The position numbers and the translations under genes were made by a program. The notes beneath the pieces were generated by a model. It made no database searches. It was not told the DNA's origin and worked only from the letters and a program-made list of their open reading frames with translations. From a virus, in the IMG/VR virus record IMGVR_UViG_3300045912_000129, positions 1,653 through 65,652 of that record: 64,000 bases of DNA; one strand, written 5' to 3'. Shown here piece after piece: positions 22,401-32,166 of the stretch. Position 1 is the first letter of the stretch. Each line of letters opens with the position of its first letter.

Positions 22401-24278
22401 TCTAAATGTACCATCAGGTAGTTCATCATGAGGAAATATAGGTTTTTTATCACAACCTAAAACTTCAGGATATTTAGTATCAGTCTCAAAATAACCAGGT
22501 AAATAATAAGCATGTATAATATACTTATGTTTTCCTGAATTAGCTATAGAACCGTATTTAGAAGGATCGTATGGACCCATGCAAGTATTAACATGTTTCC
22601 ATCTAGGTATTTGTGGATCTTCACAGCTATATACAGAACCAGTCTGATTTGTATAAATATTTTCATTTCTTGGTATTGTAGTTAGTTCATATGCAGACAA
22701 AGGAGATGTTCTAGTGAATTGGTGCATAGGATGTGTTCCAGAATTACTAGGTCCAATATTGTACATCAAAGTATCCCATTCAGTATCACTATTAGTGTTA
22801 TAAACTTCAAAACTCCAATTAGATCTACCTCTTGTAGCATCATAAATATCAGTATAACCAGGTATTGACATGTCTAATTGTAATGTAGTAGATGTATCAT
22901 TTGGTTGAGGAGTACCTATCTTCTTTCTACCAGGAATGTGAAATACTGGAGATTCAAATCCGTTTTTAAATACAAATACTATCCCTAAAGCATATACTTC
23001 ATCTCTCATGAAAGTTTTATTATCAAATGATAGTATTTGAGAACCATAGTTATAGCTTTTATCAGTACCTAATATTTCTTTATCTGTTATTTCATAATTA
23101 CATACTTTACCATTAGCTAATTCTCCTGATATTTCTACAAATTCAACTTTAATTTCATTAGCTACTTTTTGTAAAGTTTCCCAATCATAATCAGGGTTAG
23201 AGATATTACCTAATAATAATCTATCTTGATGTTGGGTATGAGCTTGTACTACGTTTATTTTAGTACTTATACCAGTTACTTCTTGATAAGAAATAGAAGC
23301 CATTTTTTCAATATCAGAAATACTGTAAGAAATACTAGAGCTACTTATTGTTACAAATTCTGATTGACGTGAATCTGTAACGACATCTAAACCTTGCAAA
23401 TAAGCTATTACAGCTACTTGTAAGTACTTATATCTTATATCTATGTTTTCAATTCTAATATTAATTCTTTTGTTAGTGTAATCATAAGCATCTCCATTTC
23501 TATTTTGAACACCACCTGTTATAACATCAATATTAGTACTGACATTAATATCTACAATATAAATAGGATTAGTAATAAATAACCAATCTGTAGGGTTGTA
23601 CTTATCATCTAAATATCTAACAGCAATCTTATAAGCACCAACAGCTAATCTTCCACCAGAGGTAATACTTTCTAAGTATATATCAGGTTTGCTATAATCA
23701 GGTGATAAATAAAATTGAGAACAATCCCAACCATAAACTCCTAATATAGGTATGTTAGGATTTAATAAATTAGGATTAGTAGTACTGTAGTTCTGCTTAC
23801 AATATCTATCTAAATCAGACAAGTTTATGCTATGGTACTTATTAAAACCATCTGTAAAATATATTATAATATCACAACCATTATGTAATTTGTATTGAAT
23901 ATCAACATGTCTACATGTACTTAGGTTTAAGCATTCTGTTTTTATAAGTACTTTATAGTTACATTTATCTTGAATACCAATATGAGTAATAGAACCATTA
24001 GTACTTATCAATACTACTCTACCAGAATTAATATTACCAGTACCTACTAAAACAAAACCTTCTTCTAATTCTATACACGGTGAATTGCCCATTTCGTTAC
24101 TAATAGAACCTTGCTCACCAATATCTGTTTCTAATACAGTATTTAGAGCAAATGTATAAGTACCTTCAGGTTGAAACTCTTGATTAGTATCAGTACTTAA
24201 TCCTTTTACTAAACTAAGTGTTTCTTTATCTTGAGTAGAAGGTAAATTAAAACTTCTTTCTTTTCTTTCTTCAGCCAT
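19440..24278 (-). CDS. Tail muzzle / stabilisation protein (P22 gp10-like, crAss-like)
   Basis: 1612 aa, beta-rich. N-terminal GLSTDTNQEFQPEGTYTFALN...ISNEMGN and C-terminal WTISFS...GWISFHSY motifs. Directly follows the ring protein gene. Confidence 0.75.
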   Translation of the reverse strand: MAEERKERSFNLPSTQDKETLSLVKGLSTDTNQEFQPEGTYTFALNTVLETDIGEQGSISNEMGNSPCIELEEGFVLVGTGNINSGRVVLISTNGSITHIGIQDKCNYKVLIKTECLNLSTCRHVDIQYKLHNGCDIIIYFTDGFNKYHSINLSDLDRYCKQNYSTTNPNLLNPNIPILGVYGWDCSQFYLSPDYSKPDIYLESITSGGRLAVGAYKIAVRYLDDKYNPTDWLFITNPIYIVDINVSTNIDVITGGVQNRNGDAYDYTNKRINIRIENIDIRYKYLQVAVIAYLQGLDVVTDSRQSEFVTISSSSISYSISDIEKMASISYQEVTGISTKINVVQAHTQHQDRLLLGNISNPDYDWETLQKVANEIKVEFVEISGELANGKVCNYEITDKEILGTDKSYNYGSQILSFDNKTFMRDEVYALGIVFVFKNGFESPVFHIPGRKKIGTPQPNDTSTTLQLDMSIPGYTDIYDATRGRSNWSFEVYNTNSDTEWDTLMYNIGPSNSGTHPMHQFTRTSPLSAYELTTIPRNENIYTNQTGSVYSCEDPQIPRWKHVNTCMGPYDPSKYGSIANSGKHKYIIHAYYLPGYFETDTKYPEVLGCDKKPIFPHDELPDGTFRMHNIRHHRVPDSRRAPIYEPSDLDKQTGNIYPMGVAFSNINIPPHLLSEISHYFFVRSDRAGNKTVLDKGWMNVCDTTISAFPPGELVTGNRNVEANYFFMCPTKKYGYTDLATIGTKHHFMFDVVEYVSPKSIYNQNVKLGFDHFKLENTVCSDRYRILFSNIGSNVDWRFSASVYFNQFLSPKTHSYVSRNNFYMAVNIPVNNTEFAIYDQNNFSIVIPGFQIYNDWRRQNIPIAKLFNQDPKLLDANNISWFTKPYDNINPGGDATTGVINSGSADLIPLTSGTIGSGQQYEFGTNNTVIDQLLVNLKNNSEGLIGGGIPSSNINTYTDAVYFVNKHSPYAYYVALKQSIIPYRKLENIKYVRLTNYNIESYHNSYVVVGGDCFISPFRVLKTYLKSKKVDNFNYDKYVGTLLIGFVESEINCNYRHKVAGDDYYAHPFDSTYRVVKDQLQEFCDETRERLEQLYHYNLDFSTDNKDRLYRSLPDFYEYCSSCKEEFPGTVYYSNVSLPEQVFDNYRVFNANDQLEVSGTITNMFVKQDNLFIHTSSNLYRVLTGTQEIQTTTDTISVGANSLGSARIQKVFDNALGIRRGGCQFKAASVYCEDAYIWVDMYSKKVFGISDSPRDLTLAGMNRFFYNNMDLVLKKQFEEDYYSLYGEFKEYPYLGTTCSKSVGYNATYDPVFKRYILHKKDYELLSDFRSNLDINPVMPYPENQVYLLEDGYYLAIAPDKLQYMDPEHSTFFSNKSWTISFSLQRQGWISFHSYRPNMMYYTDNNFYSYIISNKNIWLHNTYNYTTYYGNKYDHIIEYVYRSVYPEFTYDQFEYVSNVFKYIPENNSYAEIQESTYDRFYVYNNNQISNLRTIQPGNLNPYSRISYDPNISQAYKMRNIWRISRFRDYAVDRNNNNNSMFTNNWLTSNIGTYFNQGVGYIDKLINSSYIDLNKPVYSLERFTDKFLAVRLFYKPEENYKIVTNIVSTLRRNRV

Positions 24279-25171
24279 TAGAAAGCCCTCCCTATTCTAC
24301 CAGATCTTTCTGCTCCACCGAAATTCACATTTTCTCTACCCCATCCTCCAAAGAATTTACCAGGAGGATCGTCTCTAAACATTTTATTTTGTTTAGAAAG
24401 ATTAATGTATTCGGGAATTGAAAGATTCATTAAATCACCTTTAGCAGCAGCAGCAAGTTGTTGCCACTTTTCTAAATAGTGTTTATATTTGGTTTCAGCA
24501 CCTTGTTTAGAACTATGCCATAATCTTTGGTATATTTTATGTAAAACATAAGTTTCTAACGCTTCATGAAAAATAGCTAAATCAGGTATAATAAATTCAC
24601 CATTTTCATTTTGTGGAAATCTATAATAAGCAACTGCTAAATAACCTTGAGGAAAAGAAGTAATAAATCTATTATTACTATTATCAGGTATAAACCAATT
24701 TCCACAACTAGTACTTACACTATCAGGATGACATAATATACTTCTATCAAAAGTATTATTAGATATTGGTAGTATTCTCCATCCTGTGTTTCCTAGTATA
24801 TTTATTTGTCTAAAATCAGTTAGTTTTATAGTACTATAACTTCTATTAATAGCGTTAGTAATAAGTCCGTTTTCTACATTAGATGGTATATGTAAATCAG
24901 CTGTTAAAATAACTTCTATTTCTTTTGGAAAATCATCAGTTATTTTATACAACACACCTTCAATCCCATAAATACCATGAGGATAAGGTGCTTGATTATT
25001 TTCTACTCTAAGAAAACAAACTGCTTTTTCATACATTCTATACACCATTAATTGTTCCATACCTCGTATAGCAAATTCCATTACAAGGTCTTCAGATACT
25101 TCATGTTCTCTTAATAACATGTAAATATCTTTTAATATAGATTTAAGTGGTATAAAAGCTGTTTCTATCAT
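24278..25171 (-). CDS. Tail ring / tubular protein
   Basis: 297 aa. The YYRFPQNENGEFIIPD...EALETYV pattern is typical of crAss-like ring proteins, and synteny agrees. Confidence 0.7.
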   Translation of the reverse strand: MIETAFIPLKSILKDIYMLLREHEVSEDLVMEFAIRGMEQLMVYRMYEKAVCFLRVENNQAPYPHGIYGIEGVLYKITDDFPKEIEVILTADLHIPSNVENGLITNAINRSYSTIKLTDFRQINILGNTGWRILPISNNTFDRSILCHPDSVSTSCGNWFIPDNSNNRFITSFPQGYLAVAYYRFPQNENGEFIIPDLAIFHEALETYVLHKIYQRLWHSSKQGAETKYKHYLEKWQQLAAAAKGDLMNLSIPEYINLSKQNKMFRDDPPGKFFGGWGRENVNFGGAERSGRIGRAF

Positions 25172-25674
25172 AGTTTATGTAGATAAATTTTATAAGCTGG
25201 TAATTCAGTATATAACTGCCATCCTTTATCTCTAAAGAAATCAGTTACACATAAATGTCTCTTCCTATCTCCATAAGACGTTGAACGTCTTACTGATCTA
25301 ACTAAATCACATGACCATAACTCTTTAGATCCTAGAAAAATTTTTGAATTTGTCTTATACCATTTAAATTTCCACCAGTAACCCATTGTTGAAGTATTTA
25401 ATATTTTAATTTGTTTATTTAAACCTTCTTTTTTAAATTTAGACATCAACTTATAATCAAGTATTTTATTATTATGAACTTTTTCTACTTTTTGAGTGTT
25501 ATATTTAAATAGTCTAAATGTTCCTAATCTGTTGTATAAAGTAACTGGTTCTCCTGTTGTGATTAGGAAATCAACAAGTAATTCTATAAAACATTTCAAA
25601 ACTTTCTTAGCGATATCTCTTTCTTTCTTTTCTAGCTTAGAGCAATAGTCATTAACTGTATTAATAATCTTCAT
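25168..25674 (-). CDS. HU/IHF-like DNA-binding protein
   Basis: 168 aa, basic. Contains GEPVTLYNRLGTFRL and GYWWKFKW. Its position between ring genes matches crAss-like phages. Confidence 0.55.
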   Translation of the reverse strand: MKIINTVNDYCSKLEKKERDIAKKVLKCFIELLVDFLITTGEPVTLYNRLGTFRLFKYNTQKVEKVHNNKILDYKLMSKFKKEGLNKQIKILNTSTMGYWWKFKWYKTNSKIFLGSKELWSCDLVRSVRRSTSYGDRKRHLCVTDFFRDKGWQLYTELPAYKIYLHKL

Positions 25675-25676
25675 TG

Positions 25677-26366
25677 TTAAATCTTTTGTTGAAGTATTGT
25701 AGAATCACTATTATTACTTTTATCTTCTGGCATTTTTAAAGTAATACCCATTAATTCTGTTGCTAGTTTAAATAAATCATTTATCCTAGATATGTCAAGA
25801 TTAAAAGCTGCTCCTTGCGGTCTAGGACATTCTTCATCTTGACATGCACTGTGTAAAACTTGAGTAGGGTCTTCAAATATCCCTTCTAGTTTAATATATC
25901 TAGGAGGTGTTTGATTACTCATTATGAATAAGTATTTTTCATTACGAACATCACCTATAAGATAATACATTTTGTTCTTATACTTTCTATATTTTACGTA
26001 GCGATAAGCTGTTTCTCTAATAGAAGGAATATCCTCACCCCATAATTCGCTTACTTTTAATACTGAGGTAATATTATCCCAAATAGGTTTAGGTATTGGC
26101 TTTTCAGATCTATACACTACACATCCAAAATCAAAAGGTTCGCAATTGCATTCTATAAATGTACTCGGGCATAGTTTTACACAAAATCTTTGGTATAACC
26201 ATGGACTAAATTCTCTGTTATCATCCATGTAATTTTTGATAATAGTAGCCCTAGCAGTAGTTAACACAAAGTATAAATACTCATCAGTGAAAACACTATC
26301 ATCAGAAATTTGTCTTAAGTATTCTCTAAAAGCATCTATAACTCTTTCTATACTAAACTCATTCAT
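25677..26366 (-). CDS. Tail ring protein (crAss-like)
   Basis: 229 aa with a YIKLEGIFEDP motif; synteny. Confidence 0.6.
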   Translation of the reverse strand: MNEFSIERVIDAFREYLRQISDDSVFTDEYLYFVLTTARATIIKNYMDDNREFSPWLYQRFCVKLCPSTFIECNCEPFDFGCVVYRSEKPIPKPIWDNITSVLKVSELWGEDIPSIRETAYRYVKYRKYKNKMYYLIGDVRNEKYLFIMSNQTPPRYIKLEGIFEDPTQVLHSACQDEECPRPQGAAFNLDISRINDLFKLATELMGITLKMPEDKSNNSDSTILQQKI

Positions 26367-27196
26367 TTATTAATTACTAGTTTACTTAAGCCTTTAGCTT
26401 TATTTTGATTATTAAAATGATTAAGTAAAGGTTTAATGAGATTTTTTGCTTTGTACACTTTACAATATTTTCCTTCCCATAATGGTTTTACTTTAGATAC
26501 TTTTTTATCATTATACACTTCGTTATTTAACCATACAATTAAACCGTGAGAAACTTTATACTTAGTTTTTTGTTCTAACATGTATTTATAATGAGATAAT
26601 TGTATAGAATATAAATTATAACTAGTATCTTTAAGATTAGACATAGTACCTAAAAGATTTTTTTCATACTTAAATAAGTTTTTATTATTAGTTTTAAAAT
26701 CAAACAATATAAGATGGTTTTTATCAGAATCATATAGTATACCATCAGTGGTACCTGCTAATAACATTTTTTCATCATACATTCTAAATTCTTGAAGAAC
26801 TAAATGATAATTCTTAGGTAAAAATTCATTAAAAAATTCTAAAACACCTTTTTCTTTATCACAATAAGGTTCATCAAAATTTGGATAACATTCAGCGTAC
26901 ATATGAACTCTTGAACCTTTGTTAGTAGCTTCATCTCTTATATAATTCCATCTTTTTTTGTAATACTCAGCTGTTCTGTAATCATTAGGATTCTTTTCAA
27001 GTATTTTTTTAGCTTTATTTTCAGCTGCTTTATGAGTATCAAAATGTTCCTTAAAAGAATCTACAATAGATGTAGTACTTTTTAGTCTTTTACCATTATA
27101 TGTATATATATGATTGTCTTCATCAAAGACTAATCCATCAAATGAATTAGTAAGATCTTCTTTAATTGTTGTTGTTATATTGTCTAGTTTATTCAT
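26363..27196 (-). CDS. PD-(D/E)XK (Cas4/lambda-exonuclease-like) nuclease
   Basis: Motifs FDEDNHIY, KGSRVH, LAGTTDGILY, FDFKT and YSIQLSHY. ATG at 27196 is preferred to the upstream near-cognate start. Confidence 0.8.
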   Translation of the reverse strand: MNKLDNITTTIKEDLTNSFDGLVFDEDNHIYTYNGKRLKSTTSIVDSFKEHFDTHKAAENKAKKILEKNPNDYRTAEYYKKRWNYIRDEATNKGSRVHMYAECYPNFDEPYCDKEKGVLEFFNEFLPKNYHLVLQEFRMYDEKMLLAGTTDGILYDSDKNHLILFDFKTNNKNLFKYEKNLLGTMSNLKDTSYNLYSIQLSHYKYMLEQKTKYKVSHGLIVWLNNEVYNDKKVSKVKPLWEGKYCKVYKAKNLIKPLLNHFNNQNKAKGLSKLVINK

Positions 27197-27258
27197 AATG
27201 TTAAAGTTTATTAGTAAATATAATCTAGATACTTTTAACATTATGCAAATAGTTATAC

Positions 27259-27298
27259 AAAAAAAATATGGCTAGAAGGACACAAACCCTCTAGCCAT
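27259..27298 (-). terminator. Intrinsic terminator
   Basis: On the minus strand: ATGGCTAGAGGG-TTTGTGT-CCTTCTAGCCAT followed by a T-tract. Confidence 0.8.
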
Positions 27299-27331
27299 TC
27301 GACAATATAACTAACTAACTAATTACTTTTC

Positions 27332-27964
27332 TTAAGATTTCTTCTTGAGTATATCATCGACTTTAATTTCATCAAATGCGCCATTCATTTGATTAAAAGT
27401 AATTGCTCCTGTACTAAGAGCAATGTTAACAAAACCACAAACTTGATCTAGTACTCTATACTTTTTAAAGTAATCAGATTCAACAATATCATCGGAAAGT
27501 ATTTGTTCTGTAGATTTCTTTAAAGATTCTATTAACATCATTCTCCATTGTTGAAACTGTTTTTGTATTGATTGAGGAATATTTAATTGCTCTTCTAGTT
27601 GAGCATCAAACTTATCTAAATGAGAATTTAATTGATCTAGAATATAAGTTTCAACATTAACACCTTTGATGTTTATAATACTATTTAACCACTCAGATAA
27701 GTGATTAAATAGCAACCTAATAAAAGTCTGATAGAATAATGACTTACTATCTGAATTAAATACAAAGAAACCAAAGTTAGATTTGTATGTCTTTAGATAA
27801 AGAAAAACTTTATGATCATTAAGAGCTATTTTTTTAATAGATTCTTTATTCAATCTTTTAAGTAAAGAATTTGTAATACCTTCTCTTAACGTTTTATTCT
27901 GAACAATCCATGTAGTTAAGAACGCGCTAAAGCCTCCTATAATTATAAATACTACCTCAGTCAT
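27332..27964 (-). CDS. Hypothetical protein with N-terminal transmembrane helix
   Basis: 210 aa with hydrophobic VVFIIIGGFSAFLTTWIV at the N-terminus. Confidence 0.45.
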   Translation of the reverse strand: MTEVVFIIIGGFSAFLTTWIVQNKTLREGITNSLLKRLNKESIKKIALNDHKVFLYLKTYKSNFGFFVFNSDSKSLFYQTFIRLLFNHLSEWLNSIINIKGVNVETYILDQLNSHLDKFDAQLEEQLNIPQSIQKQFQQWRMMLIESLKKSTEQILSDDIVESDYFKKYRVLDQVCGFVNIALSTGAITFNQMNGAFDEIKVDDILKKKS

Positions 27965-28259
27965 TGAAACAACCTGCTATACTATTAAATACAGATACTA
28001 CTGTATATTCAATATCGTCATCTGTAGATGTTTCATTAATTGCCGGATTAGCAGCTACTGCAAAACAAAAATTAGTAATATCTTCTCCTCTAAGAATTGA
28101 AACTGCTAAATTATGTCTTTTTAAATACTTATCATTACTCATACTTCCCTGATCTTCATTAGTTATAGCTATTGATGTTTTAATAGCTGCCATTTTAACT
28201 TTTTTTTGAAAATCTAAATCAATAGCTAAATTATACTGATTTAAAAAGTTACTAACCAT
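27957..28259 (-). CDS. Small hypothetical protein (possible fibre assembly/accessory)
   Basis: 100 aa ORF tightly packed downstream of the fibre genes. Confidence 0.4.
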   Translation of the reverse strand: MVSNFLNQYNLAIDLDFQKKVKMAAIKTSIAITNEDQGSMSNDKYLKRHNLAVSILRGEDITNFCFAVAANPAINETSTDDDIEYTVVSVFNSIAGCFND

Positions 28260-28286
28260 TGATATTATTTATTTAAATTAAGTATA

Positions 28287-29021
28287 TTAAGCGATTGAAA
28301 ATGTTTGCTTAGTAACCCAAGTACCTCCTTGTCTAACTTGAATTATAAAGTTTGTTCCAGATATTCCCATTCTTACGGAATTGTTTGTATTAGGATCTCC
28401 GAAATAATAATAATTTGTAATTCCAATTTCTATATCACCAATAACATCTAATCTACTAGATGGAGATGTAGTACCTATTCCTGTATTACCAGAGGAATCA
28501 ATTGTTAATCTAGCACTTGATCCAGTTTGATCATTGATTAAAAATTTACCACCTCCTGCGCTAGATGTGTTATTAGTAGATATTAATTGATAATTTCTTC
28601 CTCCTACACCACTACTATTAAGATTAATAGTACAATTATTATAATTAATTATTAGAGGTACTCTAATTCTTACTTCAGTACTATTACCTGTTATAAAATG
28701 TGTACTACCAGTATTATCATAAATAGAATACCAACCTCCACCTATTGATGCTGTAGAATCAGTACTAAAAACTGTAAATCTCCTCCCATTTACACCAGTA
28801 GATTCTATATCAAAACTAGTACTATTTGATGATAATAAGTGTAAATTACTTTGAGGATTATTAGTACCAACACCCAATCTGTTTAAAGATTGATTCCATA
28901 CTAAATTATTTTGAGAAATTAATTGACCCGAACCTACAGTAGTCAAACTTCCTAAAAAAGCAGGAGTACTTAAAGTAATACCAGCTTCTATATTATATTT
29001 TAACAAAGGATTATAAATCAT
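28287..29021 (-). CDS. Tail fibre-like protein
   Basis: Repeated LGVGTNNPQSNLHL / TGIGTTSPSSRLDV motifs typical of trimeric fibres. Confidence 0.65.
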   Translation of the reverse strand: MIYNPLLKYNIEAGITLSTPAFLGSLTTVGSGQLISQNNLVWNQSLNRLGVGTNNPQSNLHLLSSNSTSFDIESTGVNGRRFTVFSTDSTASIGGGWYSIYDNTGSTHFITGNSTEVRIRVPLIINYNNCTINLNSSGVGGRNYQLISTNNTSSAGGGKFLINDQTGSSARLTIDSSGNTGIGTTSPSSRLDVIGDIEIGITNYYYFGDPNTNNSVRMGISGTNFIIQVRQGGTWVTKQTFSIA

Positions 29022-29025
29022 AATT

Positions 29026-30261
29026 TTAATTTAAAGCTTCAATAATAACATTCATTCTTTTCACTAAAACATTTGCAGTAGAAGAATTATTAGATACAAA
29101 TATTTCTATATAATCATTAGTATTTAATTCTACTATTGTTTGTACACCCATTCCTTGTAATCTACCAGCAGCATCGGTTCCATCTTCAGTTATAGAAGAA
29201 TTGATTACTGTATTATTTTTAGTAATAGCTACTGCAATATTTTGAGCATTAGTTGAACTTAATGATAATTGTGCTGTTACTTTAAACTTTCTAGTTAAAG
29301 CTCCTGTATAAGTAGCTCTGTTATTTGTTAAAGTAAATTTTTCTACATATACTCCAGGAAAAGTAATACCTTCTACTTTTCTAAATACTCCAGTATTACC
29401 TGTTCCAATAACAGTATTAATAGTATTATTTGTCATATAATACTCAGCTATTGCAGTACTGTTTTGAACTCCTCTACATTCTAAAAAGAAAGATTTATTA
29501 TTGCTAGGTAATACTCCTGATAAAGGTGTACCAGGTCCTTCAAAACTTACACATTGAAACTGATAACCTTCTACCGGTATAATAGCACTTGGACCTAAAT
29601 GGATACCAGTCATTCCATTAGAAACGTTAAAAGGAGTAAATGTAAATCGTATTCTACTGTTTATTGTTAAACTATTAGAAAAATGAATAATCCTACCTGA
29701 AGTACTATTATTATTTACGTAACATGCTTGAAATATTATATTATCAAAAGTACCTTCAAAAAATAATTCACCACCTTGTCCAACTATTTTACAAAACTCA
29801 AGTACGACATTTGAATAGTTTCTAATAGAACCTAATTTAACATTTCCTGTAAAGTTCACACAAAGCCAATCAATATTTGCACCAGGTGAACTTATACCGT
29901 TTAAATCCATAAAAGAAGGTAATGCTCCTATTCCATTATAATTACATTCTAAAGTGATATCTTGCATAGGTAAACTACCTTCAGCTGTTATCATAGCTTC
30001 TCCATTACCAAGAGAACATGTTATTTTAGAAGTTGCTGATGATGTTCCTAGTAAACAAGAATCTTTTTCAAAATATAATCTGTTACCACCAATATTTACA
30101 TTAGGAGATACTACAATATAAGTATGACCTGTAGGTATAGTAATTACATTTCCAATAGGAGTAGGTAAATCTGATAATTGTTCTACATAATGAACATAAG
30201 TATGATTTATAGGTACAAGATCTTCTGCAAAACAGTATTTAATTAAAGGATTATAAATCAT
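29026..30261 (-). CDS. Tail spike/fibre protein, beta-helix-like body and C1q/TNF-like C-terminus
   Basis: 411 aa, beta-rich, with C-terminal VQTIVELNTNDYIEIFV. Confidence 0.55.
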   Translation of the reverse strand: MIYNPLIKYCFAEDLVPINHTYVHYVEQLSDLPTPIGNVITIPTGHTYIVVSPNVNIGGNRLYFEKDSCLLGTSSATSKITCSLGNGEAMITAEGSLPMQDITLECNYNGIGALPSFMDLNGISSPGANIDWLCVNFTGNVKLGSIRNYSNVVLEFCKIVGQGGELFFEGTFDNIIFQACYVNNNSTSGRIIHFSNSLTINSRIRFTFTPFNVSNGMTGIHLGPSAIIPVEGYQFQCVSFEGPGTPLSGVLPSNNKSFFLECRGVQNSTAIAEYYMTNNTINTVIGTGNTGVFRKVEGITFPGVYVEKFTLTNNRATYTGALTRKFKVTAQLSLSSTNAQNIAVAITKNNTVINSSITEDGTDAAGRLQGMGVQTIVELNTNDYIEIFVSNNSSTANVLVKRMNVIIEALN

Positions 30262-30269
30262 ATTACCTC

Positions 30270-30701
30270 CTATATTGCTACTATAGAAATCACTTTATCA
30301 TTAGAATTATAAGCTAATGTTTTAGTTAATTCAGTAACTGTTCCTTTTTTATAAATAATATGCTTAACATTATTAGTAGAACCACTAGGATTACCAGGTT
30401 CTACACCAGTATAATAAACAAATTCTAAACTATTACCTGTAATATTATCCCAATTTTGAAATTCTAAGTAGTTTTTTATATTGTTTATTTCAGAACTAAG
30501 TATATTATCTAAAGTTACTCTAAGAGTATTAGAAGTAACAGAACCAGATCCTTTATCTACTGGAGCAATACTATTAGTAGTAGTAATATTTGTAAATTTA
30601 GATTCCCATTGTGAAAAGAATACTTTTAATTCTCTATAGATATTATTCAAAGCTTCAATAGGTACTTGTTGTGTACCTCCCATTCTACCAGGAATATTCA
30701 T
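30270..30701 (-). CDS. Small structural protein of the fibre cluster
   Basis: 143 aa ORF in the fibre operon. Confidence 0.4.
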   Translation of the reverse strand: MNIPGRMGGTQQVPIEALNNIYRELKVFFSQWESKFTNITTTNSIAPVDKGSGSVTSNTLRVTLDNILSSEINNIKNYLEFQNWDNITGNSLEFVYYTGVEPGNPSGSTNNVKHIIYKKGTVTELTKTLAYNSNDKVISIVAI

Positions 30702-30703
30702 AA

Positions 30704-31189
30704 TTATATAGTTTCAGAAAATTCAATAGTAAGAGTTAATCCATAAGGTGGTTCTACAGAATCTACTGTAATAACTTCTACACTAATTTGTTCGTTGTTA
30801 TTTACTATAAATGGAGTAAAAATAGAATAACCAACTAATTGTCCAACAGGAATTATAACTTCTAATGAAGAAGAACCAATTAAGACTTGACATTCAGTAT
30901 CTTGAGTAGCAGAAGAATCCTGAGATTTAATATTAAGTTTTATATTAGTTAAATAGTAACCATGTAGACTATCAGGAACAACTGCAAAACGATAATTATT
31001 ACCAGGAAATACACTATAATTACTTTCTAACAAAGGTATTTGTAAAATAACTGTATTATTTGAAGATTGAGAATTAAGGTAAGATTCTACTACTTCTTGT
31101 ATATGTTTATCAAGATTAAAATGATTATCTAATGATAATACTGAAGATTGACCGTTCACTGTAAAACGTTTATCAATAAAAATTGCCAT
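30704..31189 (-). CDS. Fibre-cluster protein with DKRF-NG-LDN N-terminal module
   Basis: Start revised to MAIFIDKRF at 31189. The N-terminal module is shared with two neighbouring genes. Confidence 0.5.
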   Translation of the reverse strand: MAIFIDKRFTVNGQSSVLSLDNHFNLDKHIQEVVESYLNSQSSNNTVILQIPLLESNYSVFPGNNYRFAVVPDSLHGYYLTNIKLNIKSQDSSATQDTECQVLIGSSSLEVIIPVGQLVGYSIFTPFIVNNNEQISVEVITVDSVEPPYGLTLTIEFSETI

Positions 31190-31209
31190 AATTCTTAATT
31201 TATTTATAA

Positions 31210-31872
31210 TTAACTCCAATATAAGTTTCCTGCTCCATCAGTTGTAAGAACTTGTCCAGGACTACCGTCAGTAGTAGGTAAATAATATGTAGCAGATCCT
31301 GTGTCTATTCTAAGTCTATTAGTAGTTTGATCAATAGAAATACCATGATATACTCCATTTTTAGCACCATGAACTATTATTTGACCTTCTGATAAATAAA
31401 TTCCAGCACTACCATTTAAACCTATATAGGAAATATGAATATTATTCTCATTAAAAACCAATTTTAAATCGTCATTTCCATAACTAGAAACTATATAAGG
31501 ATAAGAAACAGACGCTTTTTCATAAATACCAATTTTTGCAGAATTAAAATTACCAGTCATTCCTACACCAGGGTTTCCAATAAGAGAAACATTACTACTA
31601 ATAGTACCATATCCATTATTTAAAATAGTATTTCCAACTATGTTTAAAGTAAACGAACCATTATTTATACTAGTATTTTGAGTTAAATTTCCTCCTAATC
31701 GTACAACACCAGACGTTTCATTTAAACCATTAGAGAAAGTATATGATCCTGAACCAGATCCTGAGTAAAGATTAATTAAATCTCTAATATACTCAGTCAG
31801 ATTAAATCTGTTATCTAGGCTTATACGAGAATCTAAACCGTTAACAAAAAATCTCTTATCTAAGTATATCAT
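31210..31872 (-). CDS. Fibre-like protein with DKRF-NG-LDN N-terminal module
   Basis: Start revised to MIYLDKRF at 31872 (ATGA overlap). Gly-rich, with C-terminal LPTTDGSPGQVLTTDGAGNLYW. Confidence 0.55.
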   Translation of the reverse strand: MIYLDKRFFVNGLDSRISLDNRFNLTEYIRDLINLYSGSGSGSYTFSNGLNETSGVVRLGGNLTQNTSINNGSFTLNIVGNTILNNGYGTISSNVSLIGNPGVGMTGNFNSAKIGIYEKASVSYPYIVSSYGNDDLKLVFNENNIHISYIGLNGSAGIYLSEGQIIVHGAKNGVYHGISIDQTTNRLRIDTGSATYYLPTTDGSPGQVLTTDGAGNLYWS

Positions 31873-32165
31873 GATATTAAACTTAATAAGTAATTCCACA
31901 TAATAGGAGATGGTTTAATTGTACTAGTATTTCTTAATGGTAAATAAAGAATACCAGGTTCATCAGGAATTAAAGGACTAGCTATAATTACTTTATCATA
32001 AGGGCTAGCTTCTTTAATAACATACTCTACATTATTATCATAATTATCTAACATGTATTCAATAAAAGCGTCTAGTTCTGCTTCATTAAATGGAAGTTCA
32101 GAAGGCACATTTCCTACATATCTTGTAATAGATCTATTACCATCTTTAACAAAAGAAAGTTGCAT
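31869..32165 (-). CDS. Hypothetical protein
   Basis: 98 aa, translationally coupled to its neighbours. Confidence 0.45.
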   Translation of the reverse strand: MQLSFVKDGNRSITRYVGNVPSELPFNEAELDAFIEYMLDNYDNNVEYVIKEASPYDKVIIASPLIPDEPGILYLPLRNTSTIKPSPIMWNYLLSLIS

Positions 32166-32166
32166 A

